This document shows, piece by piece, positions 11,811-25,500 of a stretch of DNA of 64,000 nucleotides. Under the pieces are notes generated by a model that worked only from the letters and a program-made list of their open reading frames with translations, was not told the DNA's origin and searched no databases. The DNA is from Eledone cirrhosa (taxonomy: Eukaryota), in the NCBI GenBank assembly GCA_964016885.1, contig OZ024740.1, positions 152,148,001 to 152,212,000 on the forward strand, given 5' to 3'. How positions within the stretch are numbered: the first letter of the stretch is position 1; each line of letters begins with the position of its first letter. The translations under genes and the position numbers were made by a program.

Positions 11811-14800
11811 ATAATACCTTCTTAATAATGAAATAATTAATTTCAGTAAATCATCATGAATTCTTAATAAATTAAATTAAATTAACTACACTGTCATTCA
11901 CTACAAATATGGTCATGGGAGAGTTAATTTGTGTAAGCTCTAGAGAAGACAATGATTGTAGGGATGTAATGTTAGACTATTATCAAAATGGTCTCTAGTT
12001 TTAATCTTACTCTTGCTAATGCTGTTACTTATCCAACTGCCAATTGGTTCCAACACCTATATTTTTGAGCCAATAAGGAATGTCAGGTTTCTCAAAGTGA
12101 TCCATATATACAAAATGTTGGCAAAAATGAAAAAAAAGCTTAGGTGTCCACAGTTTGCAAATTTACTAGTTTGTATTTTGCTACCTTTACCAAGTTAGAA
12201 CATGGTGGAATCAGTTTAACCACGTACTTCATTTACTAAGCAAACAAAGAAACACTTTGAACATAGAATGTAGTGATTTGCAAATTAACTCTTAAAACAC
12301 CCTGTAATGAGGTATTGGAAAATATCTAAACAGGGGTTTGTTAATTCAAATGTTTATAGTATTTGTACTAGTGGACAGATCATTTTGAAAATTTGCAGTA
12401 AACTAAAGACTTTAATTTTTAAGAATGTCTTGCTAATGCAGTTTCATGTGGTACAGGATGGTAAGTGTAAAGCCTCACTAGCTTGAAACCTGATATTCTT
12501 GATAAACCTATCCATCCAATTAAAAAATAATTTAAACATTAAAGGTTGCTTTTTCTCATGTAAGTTGTATTGATTCTTAATGTCTTGTACTGCATGAAAC
12601 CAAATTAACAAGGCATTCTTTAAAAGTACAAAAACAGCACTATGATGGTATATTTTTAAAAATAAAGTAATCTAATACACCAAATTTTCACAATAATCTG
12701 TTCCCAAGTACAGATACTATAATCATTTGAATTTAAAAAACCCGCTTTCAGATATGTTCTGCTAAAACATTATAAGATGTAAAATAGATATGTTTTGTAA
12801 TTTCATATTCTATTAATTTGTTTGGGAGTGAATAAAAATTTAATTTTGTTACAAGGGATCTGTCAAGTAAGACATTTGGAAAGCCTCACTCTATGCAGTT
12901 ACTCAACCTGCAGGAAATCACAGCCAAATTACTTCAAATAACACCTGTTTAATCAGAGGTGACCTGAAGGCTAAACAACAACTACAACACTTACTTTTTA
13001 ATGGTTGAGTGTTTACCAAAACTAAAGACAAAACAACAATTGTCCCAAAAATAAATATATGTCCAAATCAGCAGGAACTAATTTGTCTATACAAAATGTA
13101 GTTGAGGGAGAAAAAAAATCTGTAAAAGTTTATTCTTGTCACTTGGAATCACAAAGAAAGAAGTAAAGCAAGAAAAACATACAACTATAGTTTTGTTTTA
13201 TTGTGATTGCCACAAAATAACTAGGTATAAAAGAAATTCTTCCTTCAAATAAGTGGGTGGACCAATCAGATTTATGTTTGTTAAAGAAAGGACTCCCAGC
13301 CTATTTAAAATAAGTGTTTGGTACAGGCAACAGAGTTGCTAGTGGATTCACTGAAGACAAAAGACAATCAGTGAATATTTTTGTTTATCTTAACCCCTTT
13401 GAAACCAAACCACTGAAACCAGCCCTGGCACTATGATACATAGCTGTTTATTTTGAAAAGTTTATAATCATCTAAAAACTTACCATCATAATTTTATGTA
13501 AGAATCTTTGTAAAGTTATTTTATAGACACCAGCTTAATAATAAAGTTATTTTACTAAATCCCTCTAATTTCTAGATTATTTTCAAGATTATTTAAAAAA
13601 TCATAAGCAGTGTCTTTCATTAAAAATACAAAAGGGACAAAAGATATATATACACAAGATCATGTATATACAGTGTAACATAGGTGTATGAAGAGCAGTG
13701 TAGTAGCAGAATTAATAGAGTGACTGGCTACATATATTTCAGGGTAATTACTTATGTCTTAAGTTCTGAGTTCAAATCCCACCAAAGTTTTATTTATCTT
13801 TCATCACTAAAAGATTTAAAAAATATAAGAACCAGAACTCTGTAGGAGTCTATACAACTGATTTGTCTGCTCTTAAAACTGTGGTTTTGAGACATCATTA
13901 ATTTATATTTCATCTTTTCTGTCATAGTTTAACCCTTTACCATATAAGTCAGCCATATCCGACCAGAATTCTCTCACCTCTTTCTGTTCAAACCAGCTCA
14001 TATTGACGTTAAGCTATTGTTCGCAAAATGAATAACATCAAAATCTCGTAGATTTTATATTATGTGAGATAATTATGTAAGATAAAGACTTTACCACAAA
14101 AATACAATCGTATATATGGAGTAATGTAAATGCTAAAGGGTTAAGCTAATGTCAGATCTAAGATTAGAAGCATGACAACTGTCACTATTATGTTTCATTT
14201 CCATGCAGACTCTTTAACAATTTTGCCAATCAATTTTCCTGGACTGTTACTTTATTTATTAATCCCAAAACGATGAAAGGCCCTGTAGACATTTGTGGTA
14301 TTTGAGTGTAAGAGCCGGAACAAATACTGACACTATAAGAACTCTGCCAATTCACTGTCATGTCAAGATGGAAAGGCAAACATATAAACAATAATGATAG
14401 TGATGATGATGATGGCAATCATGACATTAATGATGATGATACTGACAATGTAGAAATGCTGACACAGTAGAAAAACCATATGCTGAAGACTTTGGTTTTG
14501 GTTCAAATTTGTGTTTATTAAATATGTTCATCATTGAAAAAAATGTTTAATGGTGCTTTCCATTTGTATTTTGCAATATTTTTTTTCTTTTTTAATGAAA
14601 AATAATAGCACAAGATTTTAAAAAGTTACTTTGTTTCTTGTCCTTCAATTATATATTATTATTTCTCTTTTTGTGTTTATTTTCTTCTTCTTTAAAAAAG
14701 AACAATATAAAAAAAAAGAAACCTCTAGACATTTAACATCCGTCACACACACATGAGGAACCCACAACTCTCTCAAATCATTCCCCCACAGTTTTAAAAA

Positions 14801-16257
14801 AAGGACATATTGGATAATGTAGCCCTAGATATAATATGTCTGAATGTATAAATCATGGATTGGTGATAGCTGATTACTATAACATACATACAGTTGTACA
14901 CCTTCTACAAAATACCCAGACAGCACTCTATATTATCCGGGATGGCTCAAGATGAAATAACAACACAATACACAGAATTGATAGATTGGTCATGGCTGAA
15001 ATGACTTGGATCAAACAGAGTTCTGCATGATCAAGGATGATCCGGGGTTAAATAACAATATCCCACACACAGGTAAGTTAATTATACCACTAAATTTATA
15101 TTTATTGATGAGTGAAATGTTTTTCAGCAAATTGTTTTAATGGCATTTTGTTTTGTATAAGTTCTTTTAAATTAAATCAAAATTTTGTTCACCTTTTTTC
15201 AAAAAGAAATTCCCTTTTTAGGGCAACACTGAAGATTAAATGTGTCTATTATGCATAAACAATGTATGTGGGTCTTTACATACTGTGTTAGTCCTATTGC
15301 TAATTATACTAAAGTCCTTTCTTGGAGACCTCATATGAGTTACCACCACTTACAACCTCATCATGTAGTGATTAATGAGAGGGCCCCTTCTATCATCACT
15401 GAAAAAAGCCTTTGCATAGGGATAGTTCCTCTCTAAAGTATAAGCATGGGGCAAGGTGTTTTGTGGAAGATCAGTAGACACCCATGCATGCAAATCTCCC
15501 TTTTTTCATGTCACTGCTAGTGTCTAAAGGAGAGACAAATACCAAGACAGTTTGGCACCAGTAATTAATATAGGATAAGATTTACTTGAGAGACTTTTCT
15601 TTTGCTTCCTGAACCAACATCAAATTCAGGACAAGAAAAGTTTAGATACAGGTCCAGTCCACATCAAGATTTAAACTTAGCACCACAAATTACCAAAATA
15701 CTTTCACTTTTACAGGGATTTCCAATTACTGTTCAAAATTAGTGATCAGTAATTTCTCTCCCCTACTCTGATATTAAACTTGCTTTTATGGCTAAGTACT
15801 AAGCTCTTGATTCACAGTTACTGTGAATTAGCTTACATAATTTTATTTGGTATAGAAGTCAATTTTAAATTTCTTAGCTTAAAATTCAGCATTAAAGCTA
15901 TATGTATTGTTCTGTTGAGATCGTTTTTATTGGTAAATGTCCTATGGATGTTCTAACTGATTACTATAACATACATACAGTTGTACACCTATAAAATACC
16001 CAAGGAAACCACACACATTGATGATTTTCAAAGTATTGTTATTATATATATATCCATGTGTAGTTGACAGATGAAAGAAAAGAGTACTCAGTGCTGAAGT
16101 AAAGTTTAAATATTTATTTCATTAAAGCTAAATAGTGAGTCTTGTTACTCTGGAGTTACACCTGCTTTGCACAGGGTCATGTCTGATTTTCCTGTGAGAA
16201 GCAGAGGAAACTCCAGAGTAACAAGACTCACTATTTAGCCTTCATAAAATGAATGAA

Positions 16258-16307
<50 letters not shown>

Positions 16308-16792
16308 CACACATATACATATATAGTAAAATGCCTTCTGCAAAGTACCTAAGTAAAATGTACACACCATATTTGTCTGCCATTTGCATTAGTGATGTAA
16401 ACAAACAGCCAGACCTGACATTGACCACACATGGTCAACTGCAAAAATTATTTACTACATGGTCATAACGATTCACAATACATTCCCACCCTATAAGTCA
16501 ACTCTTGATTTTAGAGAAATTTTTGCAGGGCTAGAAAGACTTATGTGCCATAATTTACAGTAAATGCCTTTACCACTGAAGTACATGATACTAACCACAG
16601 TGGTAGAGATGAGAAATAAACTGTAGACCTTTTTCAGCCAGTAGGTCAATATACTATTGTCTTGGCTTGCTGTGATTTTCACACTTTATCTCACTTTGTC
16701 ACATTAACTCAGTGGGTCTGTGGCCATGCCACAGCAAGTTGGTTTTTTTTTTAATAAATATTTATTTATTTACAATCTGCCCCTCCACTTTC

Positions 16793-16830
<38 letters not shown>

Positions 16831-18769
16831 CACACACACGCACACACACACATTGCATGTTATCAACACAAAAGTCAGATAAGAAACAAAAAAGATAAAA
16901 AAGAACAAAAATACAAAATAAAAAAAAAACATGATTCAGCAAGATTGGAGTCTAAGGACTGAAACCAGTAAAAAAATAAAAGTATAATCTCAGGGAAGAA
17001 ATTATGCACAATGAGAGAGAGAGAGAGCAAGAGTAAAAATGCATTAGCAAGAGAACGGATTATATATATATATATTTCAATCATATCTCATTTTGTTTGA
17101 CCCGTTTAGCTTGTTCGCTTTTTTGGCTATGGTGGTTAATGGCTTCTTAACCATCGTCTCAGCGTGTATGACCATTTTAACTTATGTTTATAGCTCTGGT
17201 ATCTTCTTCAGATCCATGGAGCGCTTGTCAGCACAATATGGAAGTTGCGTTTCGCTAATTTCTACCCGCCGAAATGCGATTCTCGCTAAATTATATTTAT
17301 ATATATATATATATAAACTGCTCAGTTCTCTTGCTATCCTTCTCTTTCAATTTCTTTTGAAGCTCTAGTTGCTGACTGTGGAAAATGGAGAACTGTCTGC
17401 CATAAAGGTATGAAGAACTTTGAAAAATCTCGTCTAATTCATCTTTGTGATCTAAGAGCCGATCAAACATTCCATCCTGCTTCACTCAAAATCCTGTCAT
17501 CTGTACAAAATGCAGCTTGATAAGTAAATAAGCTGCTGGACTAAAGTACCACTTAAGACATAACCATAAAAAATGAACTTGGAAGATTGTTCAACGCTCA
17601 TATACCAATATATGATGGGGGAGTTCATCTTCAAGTTTATATATCTATATCTATACACTCAAGATGTATATAGGGAACATAAGTGTATTGTGAAGATTGA
17701 TGCCAGCCCAGCCAAAACCAACTCTGGTTCTATGAAACAAAACCACCCTATTTTAAAAGATTTAAATTTAAATCTTCCAGTATAATTTTATATACAAACC
17801 ATATGTTAAGTTGCTATTGTAGTAATGAAATAATAATTTTAGTAAATTCTTCATTAATTAATTGAAATAAAGTTAATCGTTAGAAATATAGTCACAAAAG
17901 GATTAAAATAAAAGATATGAAGAAAAGAAAGATAAAGACCAGGAAGGAAACAGAAGACAGAAAGAAAAGACTAACTACTGGTGACATGTTAAAAATTACT
18001 TTGCTTAACCTTTTTGACCCATAGGAAACTGCATCTTAGTTATGAAAACAACATTTTTTAATGTTCATATCTTATTTAAAAACTTTCAATCTTAGTTTTA
18101 AAAGAAAACCTTCTAAGTAATGTTCCAAATACCAGCTTAATTATTTCTAATTTAAGTACAAAGCCAACAATTTTGGGGGTGAGTAGAAAGTACTTGACTG
18201 GTAGTTTATTTTATCAACCTCAAAAGGATGAAACCTTAATGGGATTTGAACTTGGAACATTAAGAACTGGAGCAAATGCTACAAAGCATTTTGTCCAATG
18301 CTCTAATGGTTCTGCCAACCCACCACCCTAAAACCAGTTTAATAATAGTTTCTTTATTGGCCACAAGGGCTTAAAACCAGTTTAATAATGAAAAATGTAT
18401 TATTTCATTAAATTCCTTATTACTTTCAAAATTAATGACAACACATAGGTAGTGCATTCAATTTAGAGATATAGTCACAAAAAGGTTAATTACTGCAGTA
18501 GATCATAAAATACTGTACAAAACATTGTCAGTCAACTGTTGCCCATTAGCATGTCATTAATATCATACTAAAACATTATTTGTCAAACATTTGTCTATTA
18601 AGGAAATTTATTAGCCGAACTATAGGCTGCAGAAATAACTTGCTATTATTTCAATTAATAGAGTCTTAAATTATTCACTTTGCTGCCATCTGGTATGTCT
18701 TACAAGTGAATTAGGGCATACATACAGCTAAACATAGGTGTCTACTTAGTGAACAGGCAACCAACCAAT

Positions 18770-18925
18770 AAGCTTCCATACAGTTTCTGCCTGTCCGATT
18801 TCACTCACAGGCTTGGATTGATATGAAGTTATAGTAGAAGACACTTGCTCTGGGTGCCACACAATGGGATTGAACCGGGAATCTCATGATTGCAAAATAA
18901 ACTTCTTAACCACTTAGCCATTCCT
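18770..18925 (-). mobile_element. Second, older tRNA-derived SINE family; copies ~9180-9305, 9740-9830, 10800-11050, 37060-37225, 46090-46350
   Basis: Recurrent + strand CAGTTTC..TTCACTCACA..TAGTAGAAGACACTTG..GGATTGAACC (reverse B box)..TTAACCAC. Confidence 0.7.
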
Positions 18926-19861
18926 GCTTCCATAAGTATTATAGAGTATTGATGTCATTCAACTGTGCAGGCTACCTATTAACTGAGGTTATAATATAAC
19001 ATAACTCTTATCATCCAGTAATGATTTGACAGAAAATGCCTAAAAATGAGTTTGTTAATTTACATGTTTATAATATCTTCACTAGTGGAGAGAGTGTTGT
19101 ACAATTTGCAGTATTAAAGAAAATACATCAATATTTAAAGTGATGCAGTCATTGTGCTCTTTTGTTAATGCAGTTTCATGCAATACAGGGTGTTAAGTAT
19201 TAACAGTGAATCGTACTTTCATAGAGTAGCAAGTTACAAATAAGTGAGGTAAGCCACTGAAAGAGGAGAGCAGAGTATGAACTGTCAAATTTGTAGCTGG
19301 TAAAACACCATCCTATTAACTAAGGGCCAAATGTGGCCCATGTGTGGTGGAGAGTGTAGCTATATTTTAACTTATCAGATGGTCAGGAAGGTCCCCCCCC
19401 CCCCCCCCCCCACCATACTAAATTTTGAAATATATCTGATGTTGGTGTTAACCAAAGTTCCCTCTAAGCTGCATGGATGCATGACCATGCAATTGCTGTA
19501 TTGATACTTGCACATCAAAAGTTCTGCGAAAAAGTTCAGTGACTGGGAAAATTTAGGGCAAACATAGGTGTTCATAGTTCAGTCAGAAATGTGGAGTTAT
19601 ATTTGGTGGGGTTGTCACCATAAGAGTTGTGCATTACAATATTAATAAAGATTCTTAATTTTACATTGTTCTTTTTGTCATTCCATATTTTTTGTAGCTT
19701 GCAAAGTGAATTTGAAATGGTTTTAGTTGGAAGCCCTTCTAACTGCAAACTACTTAAGTATGGAATAAATGTTGAACTTCTTGGCAGTCAGGCCAACTGA
19801 GGCAAGCAGAATTACATGCCTTTTCAAAGAACAATGCAGCCTGATCTACAAATCAAGCACC

Positions 19862-20094
19862 TTAATCCTTTTGATACCATACCGCCTGAAACCATGCATG
19901 GTTCTATGATATAAAATTGTGTTTTTATCTAAAATCTTCTATCATAATTGTATGCAAGAACCTTTGTTAAGCTACATTTCAAACACCAGTTTTAATAATG
20001 AACACATTAGTCATCCTTCCAGATCCTTTATTTACAAAATAACTTGAAAATCACAGAGGGTTTTTCATTAGAAATATGGTAAGGAAAGGGTTAA
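19862..20094. mobile_element. TTAA MITE family B; other copies ~6325-6545, 11285-11925, 13390-13640, 17700-17905, 18005-18490, 23279-23536, 24686-24930
   Basis: Shared TTAA(C/T)CCTTTTGATACC..GGTTCTATGA..AGAAATATGGT..AAAGGGTTAA structure. Confidence 0.65.
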
Positions 20095-22472
20095 ATTTGT
20101 CTAACAAAGAAAACATTTTGTGAAAGCTTAATCAGAGAGAAAAGAGTAGTGCCCAGGACACTCTACTTTTTTCAAGGCCTTTTAGACTGATGGGAAATTA
20201 TCCTCAAACAGAGACCTGGCACAACCACTTGAAACAATGTACTCTGATAATGTGGTGATGCTGAACAGGGCACTAGATTAAGTCTAAAATATAGTCACAG
20301 CCAAAACCTACATATAAATTCTCAGCTTATGCCGAGTCAATGTATCATTTTCTTTTTTCTTTTTTTTTCATCTTTTGGGGAATAATAAATTAAATGTGTG
20401 TGTGTGAGTGTAAGTGCTTGTGTTTGTAGAGGGGGGGGGTCCTTAACTCCTGATGAGGTCGTAGGGGTGCTCTGGTCATACAAAGCATGTCTCGGACATT
20501 TAAATCTGGCACACCCCTCTTCTTTCCCTCTCTCATTCTCTATGTCATAACTCTCACTCTCTATGTCATTTCCCCACCTTCTGCAGCTATTTCTCCCATT
20601 ATCTTTTCATTTTCCTTCTTCTAAATACAATTTTGCACACATTTATTTGTGATGGCAAATTTAGGAATGTGCATATTGTATCATTCTGTAATTTCTCTTG
20701 CCACTAAATGTTGGATAAGAATGAACATTCACCCTCCCTGTTGTAAACTAAGCAGACTGATCGGCTGCATGCAGTTCTCTGGTTACAACCACAGGACAGG
20801 ATTAGTGTACAAGGGAGTCAGAGCAGAGCTTAAAACTATCATCAACAATTATGTGGATGGAGTATGCCCAATATGTAAGAGCAAGTCCTGAAACAGAATA
20901 GACAGTAGAATGAAGAAAGTTATGATGTTCATAGATGTTACCCACAGATTTAAAAGTGCTTTAGATGAACTGAAACTTAGAAATAAGATAGTAGAAAAAC
21001 CAGGTATCTCTATTAAATCCATGTACTGAGTGCTCACTCAGTTAACGTTTGAATGTTTTATGTACATTTGTACATAACACCCCACCCTCTATATAAATAG
21101 AATGTAGTTTAATTGATGCACATGTTTCATAACTATTGTAGAGATATATCATTTAAAAACCCTTATATAGCTATAAAATATCTGTACCAGTTAAATTAAG
21201 TATTGTATAAAGACTTTTTATAATTCTTTACCCAAGATTGAGTTATTTGGATATTTACTCAGCTACAGGTGTGTATGTGTACACACACAATGGAAATATA
21301 TAGTAGTATACATCAACTGAGGCAGATACATGGCATGTATCTGTCTGGAACTGAAGCCAAAAACGTTCTTCAAAGAAAACAAGAAAACATTAGATTTCTC
21401 ATCTTTTCATGGCACATTAACATTGAAAGCAGACACAAACACCCTCATAAACCCCGCTTCCTCGATCTAGTAGAACATCCAGGATGTGAAAGCTGAAAAG
21501 AGAGAGAGGGCTGTACAAGTACTGGTTTTGTACTTTATTAATCCCAAAAGGATGAGAAGCAAAATGGATCTTGCTGTGATTTGTACTCAGAGTGCAATCC
21601 AAATATCCAACACTCGATTAATGCCAAACTCTGTGTGTGTGTTAATATCCCTCTGATTTCATATACACACATACAAAAACATACATAAATGGAATAGTGG
21701 GGGTCAAAGAGAGAGGAAGAGAAATAGAAAATGAAGTGAGAGATGATGAAAAATAAAAAAAACAAAACAAAGAAATAGCTAGGAGAGATTTGTTGTTTTT
21801 GTTAGAGATTCTACTGTTAATGACTAGCTTGAAACTTTAAAGCAATTCAACCTATTTTTCTTCTTCTTTTTATCTGGTTCACTCATACAACCCACACTCA
21901 CAATTTATTTAAAGATTCTTTTTAAACAATTTATAAACCATTTAAAAGGAAAAAACAAACAAATTTAGTGTTTTTTAACAGGAAATAAAAACACAATAAC
22001 CGTCACAATTACATTAGAAAACATAATAATGACTTTAATTTAGGTGTAAGGCCAGTAATCTTGGAAGAAAGGGAAAGTCGATTATACCGACCTCAATACT
22101 TTACTAGTACTTCATTTTTTCAACCTCTGAAGTTGACCTTGGAAGGATTTGAAATCAGATTATAAAGAGCTGGAAGAAATACCACATGGCATCTTATCCA
22201 ATAATCTAATGATTCTACTAATCCACTCCCCTAACATACGAATAACAAAATCAACAGTCGTAATAATTACAATTATGATGTAAAAGAAAAAAAGCAATAT
22301 AATACGAATTAACTTAGTCAATTTTTTTTATAAAACAAATGTAAAAAGAAAAAGACCATGACGAAAAAATTTGAAAAATGTAGGAGGAGGAGGAGGCAAC
22401 ATGTAGGAGTGGGGTGCATAGAACTATAAAGATGACGGGAATGAAAGTTCTGTTGCAGGGAATATAAAACAA

Positions 22473-22511
22473 CTATACCATGGAATTGGATTCACCCAGT
22501 CGGTTAACTAC
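22473..22511 (-). CDS. GOLT1B: GOT1 last coding exon (39 nt incl. TAG)
   Basis: cttcattacag|GTAGTTAACCGACTGGGTGAATCCAATTCCATGGTATAG = VVNRLGESNSMV*, like the GESNNMV end of vertebrate GOLT1B. Confidence 0.94.
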   Translation of the reverse strand, partial: VVNRLGESNSMV

Positions 22512-25500
22512 CTGTAATGAAGAGAAAAGAAAGAAAATAATAATAATGATAGCAATAATAATAAGTATCAAAAATACAATAAATGAAACAAAAGATATTC
22601 TGTTTAACCCTTTAGTATTTACATTACTCTATAGGATTATGACATATCAAATCACCCAGTTTCAGAAAAATTTCCCAGGTCACCCCCTCAGATCCCCCTG
22701 AAAAAATTCATACTAGCTATATGATGGGAAAATATCAAGTATTAGGTCAATATCTTTGATAGTTTTGAAATTGTAGGCCTTTATAATATTAATTAATTTC
22801 ACATTTTTTTTCAAAAAGAGTCTCTCGGTCCAACTTGAGACAACCATTTATCCTCTAATATGGTAAGCATAACTTTGAAATCATGTGTTTGGGGCTAATT
22901 TTTTCTGTAGAGTTCAAATATCTTATCAAATCAAGTGTATCTTGTATATTTGTCCATCTACAGGCCTCTGAAAATTGCCAAGAATTAAAGCACAGCAAAT
23001 GTATGCCTCTTTTAGGTATTTTTATCTCAATAGGTACACTAGATAAAGCAACCACAATTTTTTTCCTATTATTACAATAGTATATATATACTATTGTAAT
23101 TTCAAAGAAAAGGTTTTACCTCACATAATTATCTCATATATCATATCTATGAGATTTTGATATTATTTATTTTGAGAACAATACCTTAATGTTGGTATGA
23201 GTGGCCAGTTACGACCGGTCAGGCCAGAAAGAGGTCAGAGAATTCTGGGCAGATACAGCCAGTTTAAATGCTAAAGAGTTAATCCTTTTGGCATCAAACT
23301 ATTTGACACTTCACATGGTTCTATGAAACAAAACTGTATATTTTGAATTGTTTATATTCATCTAAGAACCTTCCATCATAATTTTATGATGAACTTGTAT
23401 TAAATTATGTTCCAAACAAAAACCATTAGAAAATTATTTATATTTCTAAATATGTCCAAATTCTTGATTATTTTCCAAATAATTTAAAAGCTATTAGCTA
23501 TGTCTTACATTAGGAATGTGGTAACAAAATGGTTAAAAAGGAAAAAAATATATATTACAGTACAACATCAACAACAAAAATTTTAGAACCATTTTCCCTG
23601 CTAAAGGAGGTGTTAGACTTATGATCCCATGACAAGAGTCCTTTTAGATGCAATGTTTTACAGCTGAATGCCCTTCATGACACCAACAGTATTAGATGCC
23701 TCTTATGGCATGCAGTGTTATGGTACACCTATTTTAAACAGCATAAATTCACAAAATGTAGCAGGGTGAGATAAGAACAAAAACATAATGAAAGGAGAAA
23801 TAATATTTTTACCGTTTAATCAAGTGAGGAAGGGCAGCATCTATGACCTCCAAGACAGGTGGAAGAAATCAGAAATCAGAGACTTTGTCTGAGTACTTGG
23901 AAAGGGTGAACTCTGCTAAAGGCCATGCTAGGACCAGGCTGTGGAGTTAAACTAGACAATAGATTAAGTCTACCATCTAAGTATAATTTTTCTTGTTTAC
24001 ACTGCATAGTCGATCATGATTTAGATTCTTTATTAATGTTCCAAGCAATAAAAGTACTTTCCCTCTCATAACTAAAACTTACAGGTTATATTATTTTTTT
24101 GGAAAATGTCATCTTAGATACTATCACATTATTTCTTCAGGAATAGTGTAAGGCCTGGAATGTGTTTGGTCAAAGGCCTACTAAGTTAGAGCTGACCTAT
24201 GGCTAAAGCATACACATACACACATATATGATAGGGTGTAATTTGAAATCAAAATACTTACAGAACTAATTCCTGGTAGATTGAGAACAGTGCCAATTAT
24301 AGGTACACGGCGTAGAAAATTTACAGCAACTGGGAAGAAACCACTGTATTAAAAAGAAATGTTTAAAAAATATTAATATTTTTTCAGTTTTCAGGGAAAT
24401 ATGTATATTTGGCATTTTTATATCTAGTCTTGGTTACCTATATTCTGTGTATAACTTGATAATATTTTATTGTTTGGAGTATCATATACAACATTAAAAA
24501 TGTTGACATAAAAAATAAATACATTATTGATAAAAGCTCCTAGCATAGAAAGCCTGCCCCAAAATTCATGACACTGATGATGATGATGATGTCAACACAA
24601 AGTACAAAATCTGCAACGAAACTGGGTAATATAGTTTGCATTTGTTTGAAAGTAAAATCTTCAAAATGTTTTCATATCTAAGACGGTAACCCTTTTGATA
24701 CCAAAACTGCCACTGGTTCTACGATACAATGCTGATTATTTTAAAGTGTTTATATTATCTAAAAATCTTCTGTCATCATTCAATATAAGCTATACTCCAT
24801 AACCTAGCATAATAATGAAAAAGTTATTTTACTACATACATCCAAATTCCTGATTATTTTCAATATTATTAATAAATAATAGGCAGTGTATTTCATAAAC
24901 AAATATGGTAGAGACATATTTTGAATTCATAGATGAAACCAGTAGGATAGATTGATATTTATTGATATCTGTATTGTAAATGTTGAATACTCTAAAAAAA
25001 AAAAAAAAAAAATCTATGGACATCATTACAATCAAGTATGACATGGCAGTGTCTACCATACTTTCACTAGTAGCTTTAGGTGCACACATGGTTGCAAGCA
25101 GATACAGACACTTTCTCAACTCTTTCACCCTTGATCTAGCAGAACATCTTGGATATAACAGCTATAGAAAGGGAATGTTGCACCAGCACTGGGCTGGTAT
25201 TTTCTTCATCAACGCCCAAAATGATTTTCGGCAAAGTGGGCTTTGGCAGGATTTGAACTCAGAATGCAAAGAGTTGGAACAAATATCACAACACATTCTA
25301 TCCAATCACCCATCTCTAATGCATATGGATGACAATAAGGTCTAGGATTCTTTTCAACATCTACACTGAGTTTCAAATTGTTGAACTGGCATAGTTGTTA
25401 AACAAATATAGTACTAGTGAAGTACTGGTGTTGATTTTTCCTCTCTTTCTCAATTTTCTTGAACTTTCTCTTTGGAAGAAACAGGTTATGATCAAACATG

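Noticed and set aside
20445-20495. Hammerhead candidate CTGATGA..CAAAGCATGTC
   Set aside because: GAAA absent and stems I and II do not pair convincingly; at best a very decayed relic
24832-25345. 98-121 aa ORFs inside a GOT1 intron
   Set aside because: Span poly-A and SINE/MITE remnants; no recognisable domain
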